DNA of 64,000 bases, taken from Candidatus Latescibacterota bacterium. Its GTDB lineage: Bacteria > Latescibacterota > UBA2968 > UBA8231. Shown here piece by piece: positions 19,246-29,127 of this stretch (positions are counted from its first letter, which is position 1; each line of letters begins with the position of its first letter). Where the stretch lies: the NCBI GenBank assembly GCA_965261395.1, contig OZ253462.1:6208001-6272000 (forward strand), given 5' to 3'. A program made the position numbers and the translations under genes. Under the pieces are notes generated by a model that made no database searches, was not told the DNA's origin, and was given only the letters and a program-made list of their open reading frames with translations.

Positions 19246-20706
19246 CTATCGCTCCATCAAGAACGTAGGCGCGTAACCGTGCCCAGGCCCAAGGTCATCG
19301 TAAAGTTGAGTCATGGGCATCCGGTTCCAGAGGTGACCGACCATGACCGACAGAGGTAATGGCCCAGCTTGGAAGAGATGGACCATACCCTGGACTTTTC
19401 GTGTGTCAGTTCTCATCATGGCAGATATTTCGTGAGCAAATCCAAGCCCCTCTTTCGGTCCCGGAATTGACTGGCGGCTGACGCCTGAACTCGGAGAGTA
19501 AACGATCAATCGGTCAATCGGCAGTTCCGCACTATGAACATACTCAAGTACATCATCGCGGATCTGGGCACTGACACTCAAGGCCATCGCGATTTCACTG
19601 CCGGCTCCGACTTCGATCTCTTCTCGGATGACCTCCATGTTGACTTTCTCACTATAGCTCGACCATTCACCTTCGCGACCACAGATCGAGACACTTAAGC
19701 CAGTGACCTCGGATAGTAGGGAACCCGCCATCAGTCCGGTTGAGAGCCGTATCGTCCCGGCCAGAAAGACGTCACGATACTGTTGATGTTTGATCTTAGT
19801 GACCGCCGTATGAAGTTCGGGCTTCATCTGGGAATTCCATTCATCAGGTCGGCGAAGCTGTCGGCGTGATGAAGCGTCGCTCCCCTCAAAGAGGTCTACC
19901 CAGTCAACATAGGCCGTCGCAGCCTCCGGCCAAGGGTCAGATTCCAAGGACTGGATGAGGAGGGTCGCCCGGTTCTTACTACCCAGAAGTCTCTTAGAAT
20001 GAGCGATTTCCATTAGATCATCGGCGTCGAGTTCACAGATGCCTTCACCGATAAGCCGTCGGATCTCGCTGACTCCTATGTCAACGGCCTCTGGATCTCC
20101 TCGAAATCCCACGGCGCGCATTCGCCAAGTGCATTGATCGCGTAGCTGGTCCAAACCTTCACGACCCGCACGAATCTCAAGGTGTTCAAGCATCTGGAGG
20201 AGTTCGTCGTCACCGACCTTAAGATGCTCTGCCCATTCGGCACGTACTCTCCCAGAAGCTGATCTAGGTGTCGCCTCGGTGAGCCGCGGCACGACCTTTC
20301 CCGACCTACCACAGACATGCTTCAGCAGTGGATCCTCTGCAGCTGGCCACCGGTTTGTTTGCAGGGCCATCTCTGGAGGCACGCCGTTGATCGTAAGGGT
20401 CTTCATGCTGTCGTAAAAACGCTGCAGGGGAGTGAGAGTACCAGGCCTGGAAGGTGTCGTAAACCATTTGTGTGTCAATGGTTTCTGGGTCATCGCAAAT
20501 TTGATCTGATTGTAGACAGAAGGCGCATTGCTGCGGTGTATTACAAGATCGTCGACATTGCCAGCTTTAACCTCGAAGCTAACCTTTATTACACCATCTT
20601 CTTTAAGCAGCAGCCTAAGAGTATTCAGCCAAGTGAATAAGTGCTGGTAGTCATCGCCCGAGAGGCGCGCACCACTCGGGCTAGGTTTATTCCTCGACAT
20701 ATCCAT
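19246..20706 (-). CDS. CBASS effector: Cap4-like PD-(D/E)XK endonuclease + SAVED domain
   Basis: GARLSGDDYQH, VDDLV, NQIKF; C-terminal VHLFQAGPLPLSVMVGHLWN; last gene of operon. Confidence 0.85.
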   Translation of the reverse strand: MDMSRNKPSPSGARLSGDDYQHLFTWLNTLRLLLKEDGVIKVSFEVKAGNVDDLVIHRSNAPSVYNQIKFAMTQKPLTHKWFTTPSRPGTLTPLQRFYDSMKTLTINGVPPEMALQTNRWPAAEDPLLKHVCGRSGKVVPRLTEATPRSASGRVRAEWAEHLKVGDDELLQMLEHLEIRAGREGLDQLRDQCTWRMRAVGFRGDPEAVDIGVSEIRRLIGEGICELDADDLMEIAHSKRLLGSKNRATLLIQSLESDPWPEAATAYVDWVDLFEGSDASSRRQLRRPDEWNSQMKPELHTAVTKIKHQQYRDVFLAGTIRLSTGLMAGSLLSEVTGLSVSICGREGEWSSYSEKVNMEVIREEIEVGAGSEIAMALSVSAQIRDDVLEYVHSAELPIDRLIVYSPSSGVSRQSIPGPKEGLGFAHEISAMMRTDTRKVQGMVHLFQAGPLPLSVMVGHLWNRMPMTQLYDDLGPGHGYAPTFLMER

Positions 20707-20746
20707 TCTTCAGGGCTCAGGGAGTGACTCAGTATTGATGGCACCC

Positions 20747-21259
20747 CTAGATTTTCGATAAAGAATCGTCGTAATCGTGGGGTGATTGGGATGCAGGTAA
20801 AGGTCCGGCTCCGATGATACGAAGACGTCTCAGTGACGCTCCTGTCCATTGTCGGGGATCAATCTCGTACTTGTCTCTCGTCCGACGGACTATGAACAAG
20901 AGTGGGTGCCGACAGTCCCCATTGAGTGCTAATCTAGCCATAGTGGCTCTATCCGCGCCGCTCGGGTCAACGTCGCAAGGATGTGAATGCCAGTCGCCGA
21001 GATATCCCAAGCGGCTGTCCTTCTTCCGTAGCTGAACCACTGCACGATTGCGAGCTCCTGAGGGGAGTTCGAAATATGTGTTGCTACTACGACGGGGGGA
21101 GATTTCCTTCGCGTGAGTCACCCAAGGCCGTCCCCAAGCAAGAACGCCGATAAGAACACCGCCGGTCTCTCTAGGATGTCCGCGGTGAGCTGCGACAATA
21201 AGTGCGTCGCGAACTGCCTCAGTAAGCCAAACGCGCCATAGCCCAATCATGCTACTCAA
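20747..21259 (-). CDS. cap3: CBASS Cap3-like JAB/Mov34 isopeptidase
   Basis: RETGGVLIG and YLGDWHSHP..PSGAD (JAMM motif). Confidence 0.85.
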   Translation of the reverse strand: MSSMIGLWRVWLTEAVRDALIVAAHRGHPRETGGVLIGVLAWGRPWVTHAKEISPRRSSNTYFELPSGARNRAVVQLRKKDSRLGYLGDWHSHPCDVDPSGADRATMARLALNGDCRHPLLFIVRRTRDKYEIDPRQWTGASLRRLRIIGAGPLPASQSPHDYDDSLSKI

Positions 21260-22387
21260 AGATTAACCCTCCCTACCTTATCAAAGGGGGCACTTTCAAG
21301 AGGGCGGTAGACGTCAATTATTTCCTCTATGTAATTGTTGCGACCAGTGAGAAAATCTATTACGACCTCTGCTGTTAGTGCTGCGCCGGATGCGACGGCT
21401 ACAGGCGACGCATTGTTGACCGGCGATGAACATCCTGGTTCAAAAGTAAGAGTTTCTTTTCCCGCCGGAATCACTGGATAACGTGAACAAGAAGAGCGTT
21501 TGTAGATGGCACAAGAACTAGGCGTCTGCCGTCGCACACGCATGATAGAGCCACCACGGTATAGAGCGGACGATACAAGCGGTATATTCTTTTGCTCGCA
21601 GAGCACCGATAGCAGGTTGGTGAAGGAAGCGAGTCCGGTCGCCTCTACCACGAAGTCAGTGGTGTCAACAAGCCCTTCGATCTCGTTAGGGTTCCATGTT
21701 GACTTCTCCGCTCGGGCAACCTCTGTCCAGGGTGCCCGAGCATGAGCAAGAAAGTGGACTGCGGAAACTTTCGTGTTACCGACAGCCCACGAGCCAGCGG
21801 CATGCCGCACGACGTTTCCAGGCCGAAGACGCTCCCCATCGACAACGACCAAGTGTCCTAGGCCTGCCTCAGCGAGACGGAGGGCAGCATTAGATCCAAT
21901 TGCCCCGAGCCCAAAGATAACAACACGTTTCCCGGCAAGTACTTCGATATCAGAACCCGCCCTGAGCTTCAGCATTTCCAAATCGGTGAGCGCCACCTCT
22001 ATCGACTCAGCCACTACTCCTTTTCCCCCCTTCTCCGCTATCAGCACGAGCACTTCCTGACCAAGATCCCGATTCCAGATGAGCATAAAGATTCGGCTTT
22101 CTTCATGCTTCTCGATAGCCCGATAGCGACGATCGAAATTATTCCGCTGACTCGAGCTAAGCAGCTCCCGGACATCATCGAGCTCCCTGGGGGGTGTTTT
22201 GACTTCTCCAACCTCATACCAACGTCCTTCGATCCGGCCATTAAGACCAGGAACGATCTTGATTGCCGAGTTATCCTTATTCCATGTGGCTGAGATAACA
22301 CCGAGTTTCCTCTCGTGCTTTTCAAGCTTCAACTCCTTGAGCTTCACCGTGGCGATCACGCTGGGCCGGATCTTACTAAAATAAAGA

Positions 22388-23572
22388 GGCTTTGTTGCAT
22401 GAAAACCGGTCGGGGCCGTGTTGGCTTCTTTCGCGTGTGATTTACGCTTTTTTGGTTAGCGGATAGGACTCAGGTTTCGCCAACGCCCGCATCCGGTTGA
22501 GCAAGGCACAGCCCAACCGCGCTTCGGTCTGTTGGTTGGTTAGGGTTCGGGTGCGCAAGGTGTCACCAAGTATCTGTTTGTAGCGGCCTATCTGCGTTTC
22601 GGCTACCGAGCGTCGATGATAGCCGCTCTCGTGTTTCCAACCTCGACGGCCCCGTTTGCGGATGGCTCGAATCGTCTCATCGCGGGGCAACGGCTCGGCG
22701 TTGGTGTTGCCATGTTGCTCGATTTTGGCGTCCTTGCGCGGCGGAATGATCGGATGAATAGGTGCCCCCTGCTCGGGCGCGGCCAACGCCTTGAACACCT
22801 TGCGTTTGTCATAGGCCCCATCGCCGCCCAACGCCTCCACGGGGGCCTCGATCTGTGCCAGCAACGGCTCCACCTGCCCCGCATCATCGTGGCTATTCGT
22901 CGTCAAGGTCTGCGCGACGATCTCGCCGGTGGCTTCATTAACCCCGAGGTGCAATTTGCGCCACGTGCGCCGCTTGCTCCAGCCGTGCTGACGCACCTTC
23001 CATTCGCCTTCGCCATACACTTTCAGCCCGGTCGAATCCACCACCAAGTGCATCGGTTGGTCTCCCCGCTGGGGCGGCCACGCCACGGCTAAACCCGCCT
23101 GACGGCGCGACAGGGTCGTGTGATCGGGCACCCGCAGATCCAAGCCCATCAGGGCCAACACCGAAGCGACAAACCCCTCGGTTTGGCGTAGGGGCAAGTG
23201 ATACAAAAGACGCAGCGTCAACGCCGTTTGGATGGCGACCTCCGAAAAGGTATATTGCGCCCCCCGCTGAGGCGGCCCTTGATAATACCAAGCTTCGACG
23301 GCCTGGGGCGTGAACCACACCGTCAGACTACCGCGCTGTTGCAGCCCGGCCTCATAGTCGGCCCAATTACGTACCCGGTACACGACGTTGGAGCGACGGC
23401 GAGGCGAGCGACCAGGCTTGACGGAAGAGGGGCAAGACGATAGGTTGGCCATGACAGGTTCCTTGGACGAGAAAGCATGGGTTTTTTGGCGAAAGTCGTG
23501 CTCAATCTACTGAGGAGCCTGTTTTTATTCAACCGATCAACCGAAAAAAACACCAATTCATGCACCAAAGCC
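22388..23572 (-). mobile_element. IS5 family (IS903 group) insertion sequence, 1185 bp
   Basis: Terminal IRs GGCTTTGTTGCATGAA / TTCATGCACCAAAGCC (15/16); 9-bp TSD AAATAAAGA at 22379-22387 and 23573-23581. Confidence 0.95.
22442..23452 (-). CDS. IS5/IS903-group DDE transposase, intact
   Basis: NWADYEAGLQQRGSLTVW, VDSTGLKVYGEGEW, WRKLHL, DGAYD, YHRRSVAET. Confidence 0.95.
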   Translation of the reverse strand: MANLSSCPSSVKPGRSPRRRSNVVYRVRNWADYEAGLQQRGSLTVWFTPQAVEAWYYQGPPQRGAQYTFSEVAIQTALTLRLLYHLPLRQTEGFVASVLALMGLDLRVPDHTTLSRRQAGLAVAWPPQRGDQPMHLVVDSTGLKVYGEGEWKVRQHGWSKRRTWRKLHLGVNEATGEIVAQTLTTNSHDDAGQVEPLLAQIEAPVEALGGDGAYDKRKVFKALAAPEQGAPIHPIIPPRKDAKIEQHGNTNAEPLPRDETIRAIRKRGRRGWKHESGYHRRSVAETQIGRYKQILGDTLRTRTLTNQQTEARLGCALLNRMRALAKPESYPLTKKA

Positions 23573-23947
23573 AAATAAAGATGAGAATCGAGGACGAAGT
23601 CCTCGGGTTGGAAGTCTTCCCTAACTCGCCTTGCCCACTCCGCGATCCGTTTGAAGTACCCCCTGAGAGTAAGCCACTCGCCCGAGCAATCGCCTACCTG
23701 CCATAAGCACACCTCGCCTTCTGCATTAACGTGTACCTCATCAAGTCCTTCAACTAAAAGACTAGGATGGCGGAATGGCCAACCGTCGTGGAAAACTACG
23801 GTCATCCTTGTCGCTGAGGTTAAACCTTTCAGATCATCAGCAATTGGTCCAATCCAGATTCTGAGATCCTCATCTCTAGGCTCAAAACCCGCCTCGATCA
23901 GCTCTGTCCGGAACCGCTCAAGTGAGGATGGATCGAGGGAAGCTATA

Positions 23948-24949
23948 TCACGCGAAGCCACTTGCTTCCCTCGGTCCGATGGCCGCTACTCGGGCGACCT
24001 CCTTGATCTCCTTGCCTTTCTCATCGCAACCGGGCGGGAGCGGGAAGCATTGGCCACGGCTGTTCGAGCCTAATATATGACGCCATATGATGGCTGCTGG
24101 ACAACGGTCGGCCATACAAGCCTCTTCCGCCTTTTGCGTAAGCCCTACGAAGGTTGCCGCCGCCGCCGCGCGGTCGATAGGATCGGGCTCCGGGCTATAC
24201 GGGCGTCCTAGCACCGGATCGATAAGCGGCTTGGAAGCAGTGAGTTGGCTAGCTATCGAGCGCAACGATGCGGTGAAAATTTCAGCGAAGCTATCTCCCT
24301 TAATACCCATGTCAAACGCCCAGTAGGTCAGAAGCTCGAAGTAAAGGCCGCCAGGCTTCTTGTCGCCAAGGTGATGACAGCGGGTCTGACGGACAAGCTT
24401 TACAGTGGGCACATATGCGCCTTGTCCGTCGACTTTGAGAACGCTGTTCATTTCGGAGGTAAGCTCCGAGAGCTTCTCCGGATCAGTCTCAACCCAGCGT
24501 GCGCTGTAATCTGGATCGGCCCACTGATCCCTATCTCGGCGGGGAATCCCCCACCTATTCCCTATACGAACTGCCGGCACAATATCGACTCCGAAATCAT
24601 CGCCATCGAACGGGAACAAGACCTTGATTGACCGAGACTGTGGATGGACCCGCTCCCCATACCGGGCGAGAAGTATATCAACCAAGGCCTCGTACACGTC
24701 GTTTGGGTCCACTCTCGCATCCAGATTAGCGAGTTTGCTAAAGACGTCGACGTCGTTCCCAGGGTGGATGCCCGTGTGACGCGCATAGGAGCCGATGAGA
24801 ACTGTATCGATACCCCATTGGCGAAGGAGCTCTCTCTCCTCGAGGTAGCTGCGGATCTCGGAGTGTGCCTTAATTGCGCGCTCGCGCTTTTCGCCCTTGA
24901 TCTCGATCCTGCTCAGCGCATCCTTGAACTGCTGAGGTAGCTTTTCCAA
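23948..24949 (-). CDS. CBASS cGAS/DncV-like nucleotidyltransferase (CD-NTase)
   Basis: LIGSYARHT..NDVDV, VDIVPA, ETDPE, VKLVR; C-terminal ..SGFA tail; GGAG RBS before TTG. Confidence 0.9.
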   Translation of the reverse strand: MEKLPQQFKDALSRIEIKGEKRERAIKAHSEIRSYLEERELLRQWGIDTVLIGSYARHTGIHPGNDVDVFSKLANLDARVDPNDVYEALVDILLARYGERVHPQSRSIKVLFPFDGDDFGVDIVPAVRIGNRWGIPRRDRDQWADPDYSARWVETDPEKLSELTSEMNSVLKVDGQGAYVPTVKLVRQTRCHHLGDKKPGGLYFELLTYWAFDMGIKGDSFAEIFTASLRSIASQLTASKPLIDPVLGRPYSPEPDPIDRAAAAATFVGLTQKAEEACMADRCPAAIIWRHILGSNSRGQCFPLPPGCDEKGKEIKEVARVAAIGPREASGFA

Positions 24950-25044
24950 TTATAGACTCCTTTTTTCGAATTCTTGGGCGGCACATTGCTGCGACCGATT
25001 TGACTACCAGCGTGTGTCCACCTCGTATTTCTTATGGTTGGCTT

Positions 25045-25150
25045 AATTTAGTCGGCGGCGATGTGATTGTCAAGAAAAACACCTTCGATTTATATGTTTG
25101 TTTAATAAACTGTTTGAATAATTGACAAATTTGTTGTTACAACTTATATT
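25045..25150. promoter_or_regulatory. Back-to-back sigma70-like promoters
   Basis: Minus: TTGACA(25073-68)-17-TAAATT toward CD-NTase; plus: TTGACA(25122-27)-17-TATATT. Confidence 0.7.
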
Positions 25151-25914
25151 AACAATATATTTTTGTTTGTTACGAATATATCATCTTCGTAGCATATTGC
25201 ATGACAAGAGGTTGTACTATCTATCTAGATAGCGATCGAGCTCTACAAGAACGTCTCGATGCCTGCTGTGGGGATAGCAAGGCAAGATCGTACGCGCAGC
25301 CTCGCTGCAGGGCAGCCCCGTCTGCGCCGCAGCCTATGGCTGCAACACTGCCCTTGAGAGCTCTACTGTCCAATCCCTGGTCGTCGGGGCAGGTAGATCC
25401 CCTCCACCGCCCTGCACTCTCGGGCCCGCGTAAGTTTCTACTTCGAGTAGCTCCTGCTCAGATCCTAGCCTTGGATACCCTAGAATATCTCCTGCGCTTG
25501 GCTTCGTCCTGTCCAATACTCTGTACCGGTTCGTCGAACATCAGCGGCAAGGTCACGCGTCCTTCGAACCACGAGCTGGCATGCCCCTCTTGAGCTACTA
25601 ACAGCTTCGAGACACCTTAATAGCAGTTATAGGGGAAGTGATTGAAGTGGGGATACACCAAGTAGGGATGACCTGAGGTGCCTCCGTTTACTTAATTATG
25701 GAAAAGAGTAGGTTGCCCCTGACTTTTCATTTTGGCATTATACCACGAACCGGCGGTGCACGCCGGACAGGAAAGGAGAGAGTCGCTGTGAGAGAGTCTA
25801 CGCGGGTATGCCATGTCCCCGTCCAAGCCAGACGTGGGCGACCTTGGAAGCTTGGGCTTGAGTCTGAATACAGAATCTGCTGCAGCGTTTGACATATACT
25901 TATCTATCGACACC

Positions 25915-26253
25915 ATGAATAATAAAAAGTCTGAATTCGATCACTCGCTCGGGAAGCTCATACGAGAAGCGCGAGAGCAGGCGCGAGTAACTCAGGATCA
26001 ACTAGCGGAAGCAGTCAGGCTTTCTCGAACATCGATCACGAACATCGAAAGAGGGCGCCAAGGGGTTCAGGTATCCTTGTTGGTCCGTATCGCGCGAACC
26101 TTGGGGAAGAATGTGGCAGATCTCATCCCAGATGATGATGCTCAAATAACACGATCGCTTCCCGAGCAACTGGGAATGTCCGACAAACGTAGACTGGAAT
26201 GGGTAGTCCGTGTCTTAGGTGTAGAATCGAAGGAGGAAAGCGATGGCTCCTAG
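25915..26253 (+). CDS. XRE-family HTH repressor, CapH-like
   Basis: IREAREQARVTQDQLAEAVRLSRTSITNIERGRQ; divergent from CBASS. Confidence 0.85.
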   Translation: MNNKKSEFDHSLGKLIREAREQARVTQDQLAEAVRLSRTSITNIERGRQGVQVSLLVRIARTLGKNVADLIPDDDAQITRSLPEQLGMSDKRRLEWVVRVLGVESKEESDGS

Positions 26254-26803
26254 ATATGCTTTGGCTCGTCGTAAGGCTCGGAATCTTCTGCAAGAATGCC
26301 ATATTACCGAACCACCTGTGCCGGTGAAGCGACTTACCGCACAGTGCGGGGCCATCCTACGGCTTGAGCCGTTCGATGGCGATATTTCTGGAATTGTGTC
26401 CGAGCAGACTAATGGCTCGTCCATCATTGGCGTGAATTCCACGCAATCGCCAACACGTCAACGATTCACGATCGCTCACGAAATCGGCCATCTTTTGCTT
26501 CACAAAGGGGAGGATATTCACATAGACGAGAAGCCGTTGAGCAAGTTTCTCATATCAAGGAGAAGGGACAACATCTCCAGTCAGGCAACAGATGATCGTG
26601 AGATCGAGGCTAATCAGTTTGCAGCAGAACTACTTATGTCCGAGGAGTTCATACGTCAGAGCGTTGGAGATCTTGACCCAGAGACCTCGGTTGATGAAGC
26701 AATCGAAAGTCTATCCCGTCTGTTTCAAGTAAGCCCAATTGCGATCACATACCGCCTGACCAACCTGGGAATACTATACTCGCCAGATGAAGTGGCCGGC
26801 TGA
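26243..26803 (+). CDS. ImmA/IrrE family metallopeptidase, CapP-like
   Basis: RQRFTIAHEIGH (HExxH), EIEANQFAAELLM; AAGGAGG RBS. Confidence 0.9.
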   Translation: MAPRYALARRKARNLLQECHITEPPVPVKRLTAQCGAILRLEPFDGDISGIVSEQTNGSSIIGVNSTQSPTRQRFTIAHEIGHLLLHKGEDIHIDEKPLSKFLISRRRDNISSQATDDREIEANQFAAELLMSEEFIRQSVGDLDPETSVDEAIESLSRLFQVSPIAITYRLTNLGILYSPDEVAG

Positions 26804-27129
26804 CTCTACCTTCGCGAAGCAAGAACGCGAATGCCCGCTCCTAGAATAAGCGCCGTCCTTGCAAAGGATGACACCTGTCTTGAGAATCCGACGGATGATC
26901 AAGCGTTGAGGTAGTTGCTATAAGGAGCGGAGCTATCATCCTCAGTACCGAACTCATTAACTTGAAAACGACAGGTTCCAGTCCTATTGTTTTTATAACT
27001 GACTGCTCAACAATGAGTTATGAAGATAAAATCTTGGAAATGAAAAATCCCGGATTTCAATCAGTATTCTTCTAGTTTCCCTATGAGAAGCGTTCCCAGA
27101 ATATTCCGATTTGGGGCAAACCTGTCGTT

Positions 27130-27277
27130 TTCAAGTCATTAAGACGCCCTTGCGCTGTATCGAGTACGTCATCATGCACGAACTCTGTCATCTGCGCATC
27201 CATGACCCAGTCCAGCGTTTTTCCGATTGCTCAACCGCTATATGCCGATTGGGAATAAGGAAATTGCAGCTTGATTC
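27130..27277 (+). pseudogene. Remnant of YgjP/M48 (DUF45) metallopeptidase
   Basis: IKTPLRCIEYVIMHELCHL followed by decayed sequence. Confidence 0.7.
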
Positions 27278-27411
27278 GGTGTTGTTGCGCTAGCTGCGCT
27301 GTAGGAGGCTTACGAGTACGAGTTCAAGGCTGCGCCGGTTCCAATCCCAACAGCACGATCAAAAACGAACGCACCCAGTAGGCGCTGTTCATGTAGGGGT
27401 TTTCGGCCGAG
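27278..27411 (+). repeat. Right copy of ~130-bp imperfect direct repeat
   Basis: Aligns to 14409-14536; includes real stop of the solute-binding gene. Confidence 0.9.
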
Positions 27412-29060
27412 GGCCAGTTTGTCCAATAGGTCTGGTTGTGGGGAATGCGGTGGAACCACTGGAGCAGGGGAATGGCCGGCAATTCGGCCAGCCAGATCTC
27501 GAGGGCTTGGCGAAACAGCGGCACGAGCGCTGGATCGTCGGGCGCGGTCTGGCCCATGAGATCGACCAAGCGGTCGAAATCCGCGTTGCGCCAGCGCCAG
27601 AAGGACTGGGTAGCCGTGCCGGTGGGTTGGACGTAGCGGCTGTGGTAGAGCCGGAGAGTGAAGTACGGGTCGCGCACTGAGCCGCCGTTGCCCATGATAA
27701 AGGCGCGGGCCGTGCCCTGAGTCATGCGGGTATAGGCGTCGGAAAACATGCGGAAGGAAGAGTCGAAACCCGCGCGGCGCAGTTGTTCGACCAGCACGGG
27801 CGTGAAGTCTTGGAAGAGGGAGGGAAAGACGACGACGGGAATCCTCAGGCGCTCGCCGTTCTGCTGCCACATACCTTCCGCATCTCTGCTCCAGCCCTTG
27901 CGCTCCATGATGGCTGCGGTCTGGGCTAGGTCGTGTTTCCCCACTGGATACTTTGCTAGCAGATCTTGGACTTGGTTGATGTAGTGCATCAGCGGCGGGA
28001 AGTGGGGGAACGGCAACAGGGTGTACTCGCCAGCTCCTTGCCAGCCGATGGCCACGAGCTGGTCGCGGTCAATGGCGTAGTTTACGGCCCAGCGAATGTC
28101 CGGGTCGTCGAAGGGTGGCTCTAGGTTGTTAAAGCCGAGGGCCGGCGGCCACCAGTCCCGATAGCCGTAGGGCAGTTGGCGGCCCGACCACGTGGTGACG
28201 TTGGGGTTTTGGTCGAGGAGGGTCTTGATGTTGGAGGGCCGCAAGTCAATGCACTGATCCATCTGGTTGGCGAGGATGAGCTGGACCCACTTGTTCTCGT
28301 CGCCTTGGGGCAGGTAGATGATGCGCTCGACCCGGGGCAGGCGCTGAAAGCCGATTTGGGCGGCCCACCAGTCCTCGCGCAGATCCCAGAGCCGTTGCTG
28401 AGGCCCGGAGAGGGCGAGGCGGTAGGGGCCGCTGACGACCGGCAGGCCACGGGCCAAGTCGAGGTTTCTGAACGAAGTCGGATCCTCGCCTTCCCAGATG
28501 TGCTTGGGCACGATGTGGATGCCGTTGCCGAAGTTGTAGGTAAAATAGGAGAACACAAAGCGGGGGTTGGGCGCTTTGAGCACGAACCGCGCCGTCAGCG
28601 AATCCGGGACTTCGACTGCGGCTACCCAAGTGTCCATGTCGGTGGAAAAGGCCAGCTCCGGGGCGTGGGCCTTGAGCATGTCAACGGTGAACTTGAGATC
28701 GTGGGCAGTCCAAGGCCGCCCGTCGCTCCACGCCACCCCCTTGCGAATGTGGATCGTCACTTCCGTATAGTCAGCGTTGTACTCGTGGCCTTCGGCGATC
28801 CAGGGTATGACGTGGTCTTTTTCTACGTACGCGTTGTAGAAGTAGAGCGGCTCAAACAGGTAGTCGAAGCCCGGGGATTGGGTGCCGACGATAAAGGGAT
28901 TAAATGAGTCGTAGTCCCGCATCTGCGGCAGACCGAGGATGAGGGTGCGGTTGCGGGGGACGTGCTTTATGGTCCCCTCGTCGGAGCCACAGCCGGCGAG
29001 CGCTAGGCCGCCGAGCAAGCCCAAGGCGGCGAGTTTTGTCTTTTGGAGGAATTTGCTCAT
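27324..29060 (-). CDS. ABC transporter family-5 solute-binding lipoprotein
   Basis: Start MSKFLQK; lipobox LAGC; RKGVAWSDGRPWTAHD, PFDDPDIRWAVNYAIDR. Confidence 0.9.
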   Translation of the reverse strand: MSKFLQKTKLAALGLLGGLALAGCGSDEGTIKHVPRNRTLILGLPQMRDYDSFNPFIVGTQSPGFDYLFEPLYFYNAYVEKDHVIPWIAEGHEYNADYTEVTIHIRKGVAWSDGRPWTAHDLKFTVDMLKAHAPELAFSTDMDTWVAAVEVPDSLTARFVLKAPNPRFVFSYFTYNFGNGIHIVPKHIWEGEDPTSFRNLDLARGLPVVSGPYRLALSGPQQRLWDLREDWWAAQIGFQRLPRVERIIYLPQGDENKWVQLILANQMDQCIDLRPSNIKTLLDQNPNVTTWSGRQLPYGYRDWWPPALGFNNLEPPFDDPDIRWAVNYAIDRDQLVAIGWQGAGEYTLLPFPHFPPLMHYINQVQDLLAKYPVGKHDLAQTAAIMERKGWSRDAEGMWQQNGERLRIPVVVFPSLFQDFTPVLVEQLRRAGFDSSFRMFSDAYTRMTQGTARAFIMGNGGSVRDPYFTLRLYHSRYVQPTGTATQSFWRWRNADFDRLVDLMGQTAPDDPALVPLFRQALEIWLAELPAIPLLQWFHRIPHNQTYWTNWPSAENPYMNSAYWVRSFLIVLLGLEPAQP

Positions 29061-29127
29061 ACTTGTCTCGCTAATGCGTGCGCTTGCAAAGGGTGCGCAA
29101 CATCCGAATAATAGAGGAACGTATAAT

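Larger units (their letters stand above)
21256..23961 (-). pseudogene. cap2: CBASS Cap2 (E2 + E1/ThiF) interrupted by IS; reconstructs to 503 aa
   Basis: E2 part WPFRHP..HVNAEGEVCLW (23573-23961); E1 part GLGAIGS, GNVVRH, EPGCSSP; removing IS plus one TSD gives in-frame DSHLYFSKIRPSVIATVK. Confidence 0.9.
14537..27277. mobile_element. ~12.7 kb defence/TA genomic island bounded by direct repeats
   Basis: Flanking repeats; lower-GC cargo (Fic, TA genes, CBASS, IS); no integrase seen. Confidence 0.7.

Noticed and set aside
23323-23572. C-terminal part of the 212-aa ORF 23323-23961 as real protein
   Set aside because: It is read-through into the IS end; the genuine frame continues at 22378
14537-27277. 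Prophage or ICE
   Set aside because: No integrase, structural, replication or conjugation genes, and no tRNA at the borders
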